A DNA stretch of 30,946 nucleotides. It comes from Candidatus Iainarchaeum sp. Its GTDB lineage: Archaea; Iainarchaeota; Iainarchaeia; Iainarchaeales; UBA10191. Below, piece after piece: positions 1 to 7,975 of this stretch. The notes under the pieces were generated by a model, which was given only the letters and a program-made list of their open reading frames with translations, had not been told where the DNA came from and ran no database searches. Each line of letters starts with the position of its first letter. Within the stretch, counting starts at the first letter, position 1. Both the position numbers and the translations under genes were made by a program. The stretch spans positions 1 to 30,946 of the forward strand of contig JAUSFL010000004.1 in NCBI GenBank assembly GCA_030649735.1. The letters are read 5' to 3'.

Positions 1-44
1 ACAAAAAAGCCCAGCATTAATAAGACGAAATTCTTCCCACTCAC
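1..44 (-). CDS. 5' end of a probable membrane or secreted protein running off the window start
   Basis: Minus strand reads GAGGGG (RBS-like), then GTG AGT GGG AAG AAT TTC GTC TTA TTA ATG CTG GGC TTT TTT = MSGKNFVLLMLGFF, which is signal-peptide-like. Only 14 codons are visible. Confidence 0.4.
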   Translation of the reverse strand, partial: MSGKNFVLLMLGFF

Positions 45-103
45 TTTTTTTCAACCCCTCTGAAATTCAATAAGATTGTTCTATTGGAAAGTTCAAAACA
101 TTT

Positions 104-718
104 TTAAACCGCGCTTTTCTGTTTTTTGCGCGTTTTTTGAATGTAAAACGCGATTATGAAAACAATTCCTATTACAACCGCAATGTCAAGGAATTCAGTG
201 TACTTGATAAGTTCGGCCCAGTTTTTTCCCAATTGGATTCCGACAATCGCGAGGAATGAATTCCAGCAAAGCGCGCCGATTGCAGTGTATGCGATGAATT
301 TTCCCAAATTCATTTCTGCAATTCCTGCAGGAATTGAGATTACATGCCTTACTGCTGGAATGAACCTGCAGATGAACACTGTCTTTCCCCCGAATTTTCC
401 AAACCATTCGTGCGCTTTGTCCAAGTGCTTTTTTTCCAAAAGCAGGTATTTTCCAAACTTCAGGACTGCTTCCTTTCCCAAAGTCTTTCCCAAATAGTAA
501 GAAATCAAAGAGCCCGCAATGCTTCCTAAAGTGGCCGCAAAAACCACTGCAATCAATTGCATTTTTCCTTCAGCAACCAAGAATCCCGCGAAAGGCATTA
601 TTAGCTCTGAAGGAATCGGAATTACCGTGCTTTCCAAAAGCATGAGGGAAAAAATTCCCAAAAGACCGGTCGCTGAAATGATTCCTAAGACAAAATTCAG
701 CAAAAATTCCGCAATCAA
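104..718 (-). CDS. dedA: DedA family membrane protein (SNARE_assoc/VTT domain)
   Basis: Motifs LESTVIPIPSELIMPFAGFL, GSLISYYLG, CRFIPAVRHVISIPAG; TTG start. Confidence 0.93.
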   Translation of the reverse strand: MIAEFLLNFVLGIISATGLLGIFSLMLLESTVIPIPSELIMPFAGFLVAEGKMQLIAVVFAATLGSIAGSLISYYLGKTLGKEAVLKFGKYLLLEKKHLDKAHEWFGKFGGKTVFICRFIPAVRHVISIPAGIAEMNLGKFIAYTAIGALCWNSFLAIVGIQLGKNWAELIKYTEFLDIAVVIGIVFIIAFYIQKTRKKQKSAV

Positions 719-803
719 TCAGGTTTCACTTTGAGAATTAAGCTTTAGCAATTCTTTTAAACACTTGCTGCTCTAGAATACTTTAATTCTAATTAAAGGG
801 AGG

Positions 804-1379
804 GTGGATTTTGTGGCTTTTTTAGGAATTAGCTTTCTTTTGTGGGGCATTGTGATTTTGGCCTTGATTGTTGTAGCCCTGATTCTTGTATTCAATGGTT
901 TGATTCTTGCAAGGAACAGGATGCAGAATGCTTGGAGCCAGATTAGCGTGCAATTGCAGAAAAGAATTGACTTGGTGCCAAACCTTGTTGAGACAGTGAA
1001 AGGCTATGCAAAGCATGAAAAGGACACTTTTGCAATGGTGACTCAGGCAAGGACTGCAATGATGAACGCGAAAGGCGTTGCAGAAAAGGCAAAGGCCTCT
1101 GACTTGTTCACTGGCGCATTGAAGAGCCTGTTCGCGGTTGCAGAGGCATATCCTGACTTGAAGGCAAACCAGAATTTCCTGCAATTGCAGGAAGAATTGA
1201 CTGGCGTTGAGGAAAAAATCGCTTATGCGAGGCAATTCTACAATGATTCAGTATTGGATTACAACAATGCAATCCAGACTTTGCCAAACAGCATTTTGGC
1301 CGGAATCTTTGGTTTCAAAAACCAGGAATTCTTTGAAGCGACTGCTTCTGCAAAAACAGTTCCGAAAGTTTCATTCTAG
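804..1379 (+). CDS. lemA: LemA family protein
   Basis: N-terminal TM helix, then NAWSQISVQLQKRIDLVPNLVETVKGYAKHE and AEAYPDLKANQNFLQLQEEL. True start may be GTG at 813 given the GGAGGG spacing. Confidence 0.96.
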   Translation: MDFVAFLGISFLLWGIVILALIVVALILVFNGLILARNRMQNAWSQISVQLQKRIDLVPNLVETVKGYAKHEKDTFAMVTQARTAMMNAKGVAEKAKASDLFTGALKSLFAVAEAYPDLKANQNFLQLQEELTGVEEKIAYARQFYNDSVLDYNNAIQTLPNSILAGIFGFKNQEFFEATASAKTVPKVSF

Positions 1380-1400
1380 AAACTTCGGAATTTTTTCCTT
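1360..1400 (+). terminator. Hairpin plus T-run at the end of lemA
   Basis: TTCCGAAAGTTTC (1360-1372) pairs with GAAACTTCGGAA (1379-1390) with one bulge, followed by long T-rich tracts to about 1440. Confidence 0.5.
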
Positions 1401-1482
1401 TTTTTCTTTTGGGGCCTTTTGGCTTCTTTTTTCTTTAAACTTTTAAACCTTTACATTCCTGAATTGCTTTAGTGAATTAAGC

Positions 1483-2421
1483 ATGACTACTTTGTGGAAC
1501 CGCTCTGCATCAAACAGGAACAAGTCTTTCGTTCTTTTTGCGGGCATGATTGTTTTTGTAATGGTCCTGGGCTATTTTTTCGGGATTATTCTGGGCGGCA
1601 TGGAATTCGGAATGATTGGGCTGACAATCGCGTTTTTCATTGCAATAATTTGGGCCTTGATTTCCTACTATTATTCTGACAGCATTGCATTGGCTGTTTC
1701 CCGCGCAAAGCCTGCTGACGAAAAGCAGTACTTGAAGCTTCACAACATTGTTGAAGGATTGTCAATTGCCGCCGGGATTCCAAAGCCAAAAGTTTATATT
1801 ATGGAAGACAAGGCAATCAATGCCTTTGCGACAGGCCGTGACCCAAAGCATGCAGCAGTCTGCGTTACTACTGGCGCTTTGGAAAAGCTTGACAAGTGGG
1901 AATTGGAAGGCGTCATAGCGCACGAGCTTTCGCATGTTAGAAACCGCGACATTTTGCTGATGACATTGACTGCCGTAATGATTGGAGTCATTGTATTGCT
2001 GAGCGACTGGATGATTAGAATGACTTTTTTCAGGGGCGGAGACAGGGAAGGCGGAAGGCTCGGCTTGATTTTACTGGTTGTTGGGATTGTTTTGGCGATT
2101 TTGGCGCCAATAATTGCAATGATAATTCAAATGGCAATTTCCCGCAAGAGAGAATTCCTCGCAGACTCTGATGGAGCTTTATTGACGCGCTATCCTGACG
2201 GCTTGGCAAATGCCTTATTGAAAATACAGCAGGACAATAGGCCAGTGGCTGCCGCAACTTCAAGCACTGCGCACATGTACATCAGCAATCCTTTAAGGCC
2301 TGGCTTTTTGTCAGGATTGTTTTCAACTCACCCTCCAATTGCCGAGAGAGTCGCCGCGCTAAAGAACATTAATGTCAAGGCAGCAGAGCAGGAAATAAAG
2401 GACAATTCAGGGAAGAAATGA
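1483..2421 (+). CDS. htpX: M48 family zinc metalloprotease HtpX
   Basis: NAFATGRDP, HELSH zinc motif, SRKREFLAD, FSTHPP; canonical lemA-htpX adjacency. Confidence 0.95.
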   Translation: MTTLWNRSASNRNKSFVLFAGMIVFVMVLGYFFGIILGGMEFGMIGLTIAFFIAIIWALISYYYSDSIALAVSRAKPADEKQYLKLHNIVEGLSIAAGIPKPKVYIMEDKAINAFATGRDPKHAAVCVTTGALEKLDKWELEGVIAHELSHVRNRDILLMTLTAVMIGVIVLLSDWMIRMTFFRGGDREGGRLGLILLVVGIVLAILAPIIAMIIQMAISRKREFLADSDGALLTRYPDGLANALLKIQQDNRPVAAATSSTAHMYISNPLRPGFLSGLFSTHPPIAERVAALKNINVKAAEQEIKDNSGKK

Positions 2422-2422
2422 A

Positions 2423-3082
2423 TTATTTGGCTTGATGGTTCTTTTCTGCAAATAGCATTAATTGCGTTTCTTTCACTCTGAAGCCGTTTTTTCTTGCAGA
2501 ATTAATGAAAACATTTCTCCGTTCCTTTTCTGAAGCAGTAGTGTTTGTTTGTTGCATGAGTTCAAATGCGACTCCAACTCCTTCATTCCTTGCGTGTGAG
2601 AATATTTCATCCAGGACATGCTGTCTCCAGCCGCCATACTTTGTTGCAAGGCTCCTGTTCAATTCTGCAGGAAATCCTGTCCTGAAGCTTGCTTGCATAT
2701 TCTTTATTAGAATTGTATTCGAGTTGGCCAAACGCTCGGTTTTTATCACTCCAACAGAGCCTGGCGATAAAGTTGCCGGCCCGCCAGCAATCACAAATTT
2801 TGAGCCTTCCTTGAATGTCTGGAAGTGCTCTTGTTTTGGGTAATAAATCCAGTAAGTGTTGCCAAACCAATCGAGTTTTCCTATGATTCCTTTTTGCACG
2901 CCATTTTTTTCCAGTAATTTTCTGTGCACGATTATTTTTGCGGTTTTTTTCCTTAATGCTTCCACTCCTTTAATTGCGACTGAGCCTTCCTTTGCAGTCC
3001 ATAATTTTACAGGTACCGCGCTTTTTTTAGCGGCTCGCAAGCCAGCCGAGGGATTGCTTGGTTTTCTAATTGGCTTTAGCAT
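2423..3082 (-). CDS. Hypothetical basic protein
   Basis: 219-aa ORF fills the gap between htpX and asd. ATG start with TTTTAAA 25-31 nt upstream. No recognisable family. Confidence 0.7.
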   Translation of the reverse strand: MLKPIRKPSNPSAGLRAAKKSAVPVKLWTAKEGSVAIKGVEALRKKTAKIIVHRKLLEKNGVQKGIIGKLDWFGNTYWIYYPKQEHFQTFKEGSKFVIAGGPATLSPGSVGVIKTERLANSNTILIKNMQASFRTGFPAELNRSLATKYGGWRQHVLDEIFSHARNEGVGVAFELMQQTNTTASEKERRNVFINSARKNGFRVKETQLMLFAEKNHQAK

Positions 3083-3106
3083 GTTCTAGAATCTAGCTTT
3101 CCAAAG

Positions 3107-3113
3107 TTTAAAA
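3107..3113 (-). promoter_or_regulatory. Putative archaeal TATA box for the 2423-3082 gene (leaderless transcript)
   Basis: TTTTAAA on the minus strand 25-31 nt before the ATG at 3082, with no RBS. Confidence 0.45.
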
Positions 3114-3116
3114 GGA

Positions 3117-4172
3117 TTATTTCAAGAATCCTTTTTCCGCAAGCAATTCTACGTTGAGAATGCTTGACATTGCCGCTCCGCGCAAAGTGTTGTGGCTTAA
3201 GAGATTGAAAGAGTAATGCATGGTTTTGCTTTCCTTGATTCTTCCAACGCAAACGCTCATTCCGTCTCCCTTGTCGCGGTCAAGCCTTGGCTGAGGCCTG
3301 TCTTTTTCCTTCATTACAATTATCGGTTTTTCTGGCTTTGAAGGCAGGTTGAAGTTCTTCAATGGATTGAATGCTTCAAAGCATTCAATGATTTCTTCAA
3401 TGCTTGGCTTTTTTTCCAATTCTACAGTGACGCATTCAAAATGCCCGTCGCTTACAAAAACCCTGTTGCATTGCGCTGAAACCTTGAAGGCCGCGTTCTT
3501 TACGCTTGCCCCGTTGAGTTTTCCGAGAATTTTTTGCGGCTCTGTCTCCATTTTTTCTTCCTCGCCGGAAATGAAAGGGTATACATTGTCTATCAAATCA
3601 ATCGCGGAATTTCCAGGATAGCCTGCCCCGCTTAATGCCTGCATTGTCACAACATGCACTTTGTCAAGCCTGAAAGAATCATCCAATGGCTTTAATGGAA
3701 TCACCAATCCTGCAGTTGAGCAATTTGGGTTTGTAATAATGAATCCTTCAGAATTTCTTCTCTCTTTTTGCGCATTGATTATTTCCAGGTGTTCATGGTT
3801 TACTTCAGGAACCAATAATGGAACGTCAGCGTCCATCCTGTGGTTTTTTGAATTGCTTGAAACAGCAAAGCCCGCATTGGCAAAATTTTCCTCTATTTGG
3901 CCTGCAACATTGCTGTCCAAAGCGCTGAATGCAATCTCGCAGTCCAGCCCTTTAGGACTGCAGTCCTTCACTTCCAAAGCCGCGATTCTTTCAGGAATTT
4001 CTGCCTTGATTTTCCATTTTTCCCGCACTGCCTCAAGGTAGGTTTTGCCGCTGCTTTTTTCTGAAGCGCAAACTTCACTCAATTCAAAGAACGGGTGCTT
4101 TTCCAAAAGCTCCACAAACCTTTGGCCAACTGTTCCAGTGGCGCCCAAAACCCCGACTTTTATTTTTCTCAA
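3117..4172 (-). CDS. asd: Aspartate-semialdehyde dehydrogenase, archaeal/fungal type
   Basis: VGVLGATGTVGQRF, VPLLVPEVN, catalytic NPNCST, QALSGAGYPG, SHNTLRGAA. Confidence 0.96.
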   Translation of the reverse strand: MRKIKVGVLGATGTVGQRFVELLEKHPFFELSEVCASEKSSGKTYLEAVREKWKIKAEIPERIAALEVKDCSPKGLDCEIAFSALDSNVAGQIEENFANAGFAVSSNSKNHRMDADVPLLVPEVNHEHLEIINAQKERRNSEGFIITNPNCSTAGLVIPLKPLDDSFRLDKVHVVTMQALSGAGYPGNSAIDLIDNVYPFISGEEEKMETEPQKILGKLNGASVKNAAFKVSAQCNRVFVSDGHFECVTVELEKKPSIEEIIECFEAFNPLKNFNLPSKPEKPIIVMKEKDRPQPRLDRDKGDGMSVCVGRIKESKTMHYSFNLLSHNTLRGAAMSSILNVELLAEKGFLK

Positions 4173-5530
4173 TTGAATTCCCCCTTTTCAAAAAATTCAG
4201 AATGCAGGCAAAGCACGCTTTTTTCCAGGTCTTTTTCTTCGACAACGAATGAAATGTTGTTTTCGAAGGCATTCTGGCTTATTGCCTTGATGTTCACTTC
4301 ATTGTCTCCAAGGATTGAGAAAATCTTTCCCGCAATTTTTGGCTTTTCCCTCATTCCTTTCCCAATGACTGAAATCAATGAAACTTTTTCTTCAAAAATG
4401 ACTTCTTCCTCGTCAAGCGAGGACTTTAGCGCGCTCACTGCTTTCCTGCAGTCCTGCCTTTTTGCCGAAATGCTGATTCCTGTCTCCGAAGTTGAAATCA
4501 AGTCTATGTTTATTCCGGCATTTGAGACTGCATTGAAAAGTTTTGCTGCAGTGCCTGACTCCAAAAGCTCCGGGCTTCTTACAGTAATCAGGCAGATTTC
4601 TTTCTTGAACGCAATTGACAATATTGAGTTTGCGTTTGCTGATTCCGGACCTACAATTGTTCCTTCAGCGTGAGGTTTTGAAATGTTCTTGATTTTCAAG
4701 ACCGCATTGTTTGAGCGCAGCGGGTTGACTGTTTTTGGATGGATTATTTTTGCGCCAAAAACCCCAAGCTCTTCTGCCTCGTCATAGCTTAGTGCTTTCA
4801 CAAGCACTGCGTTTTTTGCAAGCTTTGGGTCAGCGCTTAAAAAGCCGTCAACGTCCTTCCATAATTCCAGGCTTTCCGCCCCAAGTGCTTCTGCAATCAA
4901 TGCCGCGGAGTAATCGCTTCCGCCCCTTCCAAAGCTTGTGATGTTTCCTTTAATGTCTGCCCCGTAAAACCCGGTGATTACTGGAATCACCCCATCTCCA
5001 GCGTTAATTCTTGCCGGGAGTGTTTTTTTTATTTCATCGCGCAATGGCCTTGCCTTACCGTAATTTCCGTCAGTCAGCATTCCAATGTCCTGGCTTTCAA
5101 AAGCCTTGGCTTTCAGGCCGTTTGAGCTTAGCATTTCTGCGACAAGCATTGCCGAAAGCCTTTCGCCGAAAGTCTCAACCAGGTCTCTTGTCTTGGGTGA
5201 TGCGCTTTTGCTTTCTTTCGCTTTCTCCAGCAGGCTTTCAATTTCGGCGAGCTTTCCGTCAAGATTTTTTTTTGCCCGCTCTTTGAATTCCGGCTTTAAC
5301 TGGCTTAAAGCGTCATAGTGCTTTTGCCTGACTTCATTGAATTTTATGGAATAATCATTCCGCAATTCTGCATTCTTCAATGAATCAATCAAAAGGTCTG
5401 TGACTCCTTTCAATGCAGAGACAACAATCACTATTCTTTCATTCTTCCGGCTTTTCAGCATTAAAACTATTTTTTCAAAATCGCCATGGCTTGAGAGAAT
5501 GCTTCCCCCAATTTTCAGAACTGAAGTCAT
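4169..5530 (-). CDS. lysC: Aspartate kinase with two C-terminal ACT domains
   Basis: KIGGS, VVSALKGVTD, GERLSA, GRGGSDYSA, DVDGFLSADP; AGGTGA RBS; overlaps asd by 4 nt. Confidence 0.94.
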   Translation of the reverse strand: MTSVLKIGGSILSSHGDFEKIVLMLKSRKNERIVIVVSALKGVTDLLIDSLKNAELRNDYSIKFNEVRQKHYDALSQLKPEFKERAKKNLDGKLAEIESLLEKAKESKSASPKTRDLVETFGERLSAMLVAEMLSSNGLKAKAFESQDIGMLTDGNYGKARPLRDEIKKTLPARINAGDGVIPVITGFYGADIKGNITSFGRGGSDYSAALIAEALGAESLELWKDVDGFLSADPKLAKNAVLVKALSYDEAEELGVFGAKIIHPKTVNPLRSNNAVLKIKNISKPHAEGTIVGPESANANSILSIAFKKEICLITVRSPELLESGTAAKLFNAVSNAGINIDLISTSETGISISAKRQDCRKAVSALKSSLDEEEVIFEEKVSLISVIGKGMREKPKIAGKIFSILGDNEVNIKAISQNAFENNISFVVEEKDLEKSVLCLHSEFFEKGEFN

Positions 5531-5534
5531 TGTT

Positions 5535-6440
5535 TCACCTGCTTAATCTAAAATTATCCAAAACAGAGTTAATCTTTTCCTTAGTTAAAGAGTCGATTTC
5601 GCATAATGGAAGCCTTGGAATCCCGGCATCAATCCCTATTGATTTGAGCGCGTAATGCATTGGCATTGGGTTTGTGTCAAAAAACATTGCCTTGTAAACT
5701 GGCTGAAGCCTTGCGTCAATCTTTTCCGCATTCTCGAATTCTCCCGCAAGGCAGTGCCTGACCATTTCGCTCATTTCTTTTGCTATCAGGTTGGCGCTTG
5801 TTGAAATCACGCCTGTTCCGCCAAGCCTCATTATTTCAAGAGTCAATGCATCATCGCCTGAAAGCACTGAAAACTCAGAGCCTTCAGTTGCATCAATTAT
5901 TTTTTTTATTTGCGCAATGTTTCCAGAAGCTTCTTTAATTCCGATTATGTTGGAGTGCTCTTTTGCAAGCCTTAATGTTGTTTCTGCCTCAATGTTTTTT
6001 CCAGTCCTGCCGGGAACATTGTAGACAATCAGTTCTCCGCCAATCGCGCTGGCGATTTTTGAGTAGTGCAAGAACATTCCTTCAGGGTTTGGCTTGTTTT
6101 GGTAAGGGCTTATTGACAAGTGGGTTTTTGCCCCGTGGTCTTCTGCCTTTTTTGCAAAATCAATTGCCTCGCGAGTGCAATTGCTTCCGTCCCCAAAAAT
6201 TATCCTAGTCTTTGGGCTTGCCTTTTCCATTGCGAAATCCAAAAGCCCAAGCTGTTCTTCAACAGTCAATGATGCGGAATGCCCAGTGCAGCCTGCAACC
6301 GCGATTCCTTCAACTCCGCAGTCTTCAACAAACTTTATGAGCTTTTCAAGCTCTGGAAAATTAATCTTTCCGTCAATGTTCGGCTCGCTTGCAATTATTG
6401 GAGTCACTAATGCAGGATAGCATCCACTTATTTTTTTCAA
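5535..6440 (-). CDS. dapA: 4-hydroxy-tetrahydrodipicolinate synthase, atypical active-site residues
   Basis: YNVPGRTG, Schiff-base GIKEASG, SGDDA, TNPMP, RLPL; operon context. Has GCTGHS and PYQNKP in place of GTTGES and PYYNKP. Confidence 0.88.
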   Translation of the reverse strand: MKKISGCYPALVTPIIASEPNIDGKINFPELEKLIKFVEDCGVEGIAVAGCTGHSASLTVEEQLGLLDFAMEKASPKTRIIFGDGSNCTREAIDFAKKAEDHGAKTHLSISPYQNKPNPEGMFLHYSKIASAIGGELIVYNVPGRTGKNIEAETTLRLAKEHSNIIGIKEASGNIAQIKKIIDATEGSEFSVLSGDDALTLEIMRLGGTGVISTSANLIAKEMSEMVRHCLAGEFENAEKIDARLQPVYKAMFFDTNPMPMHYALKSIGIDAGIPRLPLCEIDSLTKEKINSVLDNFRLSR

Positions 6441-7231
6441 AAAACCGCCTCTTTTTCCTTAATCAAATCGTCAATGCATTCCTTGAATTGGAAAATTCCT
6501 TTCTTTCCAAATACAAATTCCGCTGCCTTTAAGGCCCCAAGCGCAAAGCCATTCCTGCTTTTTGCCTCATGCGTTAAAGTGACAGAGTCAAATTCAGAGT
6601 CAAATCCCACAGTGTGAGTTCCCACTATTGCGCCTGCGCGGACTGACGCCAAATGGAATTCTTCAGGGCTTATTTTCCTGGCGTCAACCTTGTCGAATTG
6701 GGCCTTGTTTTTTGCCTTGAAGTTTTCAATGACTATTCTGGAAATTTCTTTTGCAGTGCCGCTTGGGCTGTCAAGCTTGTTCTTGTGATGCAATTCCAGC
6801 CCATAGCAGTCGTACTCTTTCTGGAATGCCGAGAATTGCCTTGCAGAACTTTCCAGAATCCTGTAGAACAAGTTCACTCCAATGGAAAAGTTTGCCGAGT
6901 AAACAAGGCCTGTTTTTGCATTGCCTATTGCATCTTTCATTTCGTTAATGCCGTCAAGCCATCCAGTAGTGCCTATGACACAGTCTTTTCCCAGGCTTGA
7001 AATTTCTTGAATGTTTTTTATTGCCTGGCCTGCCTGCGTGAATTCAATGCAAACGTCTGTGTTTTCCAAGGCCGCTTTTGAAATTTCTTTGGAAGTCACC
7101 CTGCTGTCGCTTGAGAGCGGGTCAATTATTGCGTTGACTTCAAAGCCTTGCAGCATTGCCTGCTCCAAGATTGCCTTTCCCATTTTTCCAAAGCCGACAA
7201 TTCCAATTCTTGGCTTAGAATTTCTTCCCAT
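6437..7231 (-). CDS. dapB: 4-hydroxy-tetrahydrodipicolinate reductase
   Basis: GFGKMG, VIGTTGW, ANFSIGVN, signature ELHHKNKLDSPSGTA, HEAKSRNGFALGA. Confidence 0.95.
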   Translation of the reverse strand: MGRNSKPRIGIVGFGKMGKAILEQAMLQGFEVNAIIDPLSSDSRVTSKEISKAALENTDVCIEFTQAGQAIKNIQEISSLGKDCVIGTTGWLDGINEMKDAIGNAKTGLVYSANFSIGVNLFYRILESSARQFSAFQKEYDCYGLELHHKNKLDSPSGTAKEISRIVIENFKAKNKAQFDKVDARKISPEEFHLASVRAGAIVGTHTVGFDSEFDSVTLTHEAKSRNGFALGALKAAEFVFGKKGIFQFKECIDDLIKEKEAVF

Positions 7232-7246
7232 GCATTAAAGGCAACC

Positions 7247-7282
7247 TGTTTATTATTTATACAAAATGTTATACTAATAACA
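7247..7282. promoter_or_regulatory. Divergent promoter with two tandem palindromic boxes (candidate operator)
   Basis: TGTTTA-N5-TATACA (7247-7263, 5/6 inverted match) and TGTTAT-ACTA-ATAACA (7267-7282, perfect 6-4-6). Minus-strand TATAAATA (7254-7261) lies 23-30 nt upstream of the dapB ATG. Confidence 0.6.
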
Positions 7283-7300
7283 AATTAGGCTGTGGTTTGA

Positions 7301-7975
7301 TTGGTTTCAGTAATGCGCTTGGTCGAAAAGGAAGTTTCACAAAGGCCTTTCATCCAGTATGCGCTGGGGCAGGAATTGATTAATTGCGCCGCGCTTGCAA
7401 AGCAATTTCAGCCGTCAATAGAGCGCGAGCTTGGCAGGAAAGTGAAGAATTCCGCAGTAATAATGGCTTTGCACAGGCTTTCTGAAGAATTCAAGCTCAA
7501 AGAGCACAGGCTCAAGTGCGATTTTGGGTCTGAATTGAATTTGAAAAACAATCTTGTTGAATTCACTTTCGAGCGCACTTCAACAATACTGAAAAAACTG
7601 CAAAAGCTTTACGAAGAAGTCGATTATGGAAAAGGCCATTACTTTAATGTCCTGCAGGGAAGCTTTGAGCTTTCAATAATAATAAATCAAACGCTTGAGA
7701 AAAAATTGCGCGAAATAATGAAGGGAGAGAGGCTCTTGAATTTTGAAAAATGCCTTTCTGCAGTCACTATGACAGTAAGCAAGGATTTTGCTGAAACTCC
7801 CGGAGTGATTTTCACGACAACCCGCCAGCTTGCATGGAACAACATCAATATTTTTGAGTTCTTGTCAACAATGACTGAAATTTCTTTCATTGTTTCAGAG
7901 AAAGACTCAGTCAATGCCTACGCGTGCCTTAAGGAATTGCTCTCAAAAAACAAGGTTTACTCTAAAGTCCAATAA
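7301..7975 (+). CDS. ACT-domain protein with a small N-terminal helical domain; putative amino-acid-sensing regulator
   Basis: N-terminal LINCAALAKQ...AVIMALHRL. C-terminal aspartokinase-type ACT pattern ETPGVIFTTTRQLAWNNINIFEFLSTMTEISFIV. No kinase domain; divergent from the dap operon. Confidence 0.8.
   Translation: MVSVMRLVEKEVSQRPFIQYALGQELINCAALAKQFQPSIERELGRKVKNSAVIMALHRLSEEFKLKEHRLKCDFGSELNLKNNLVEFTFERTSTILKKLQKLYEEVDYGKGHYFNVLQGSFELSIIINQTLEKKLREIMKGERLLNFEKCLSAVTMTVSKDFAETPGVIFTTTRQLAWNNINIFEFLSTMTEISFIVSEKDSVNAYACLKELLSKNKVYSKVQ

Noticed and set aside
4095-4673. 192-aa plus-strand ORF, and similar ORFs at 8368-8922, 16193-16849, 27657-28229 and 25101-25586
   Set aside because: All lie antisense to well-supported genes and have no recognisable domains.
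7232-7300. Lysine riboswitch upstream of the dap operon
   Set aside because: The spacer is only 69 nt and AT-rich, far too short, and the transcript appears leaderless.
7957-7975. Convergent 3' overlaps (ACT gene/alaX; also 13243-13251)
   Set aside because: Short tail-to-tail overlaps are common in compact genomes and give no evidence of antisense regulation.
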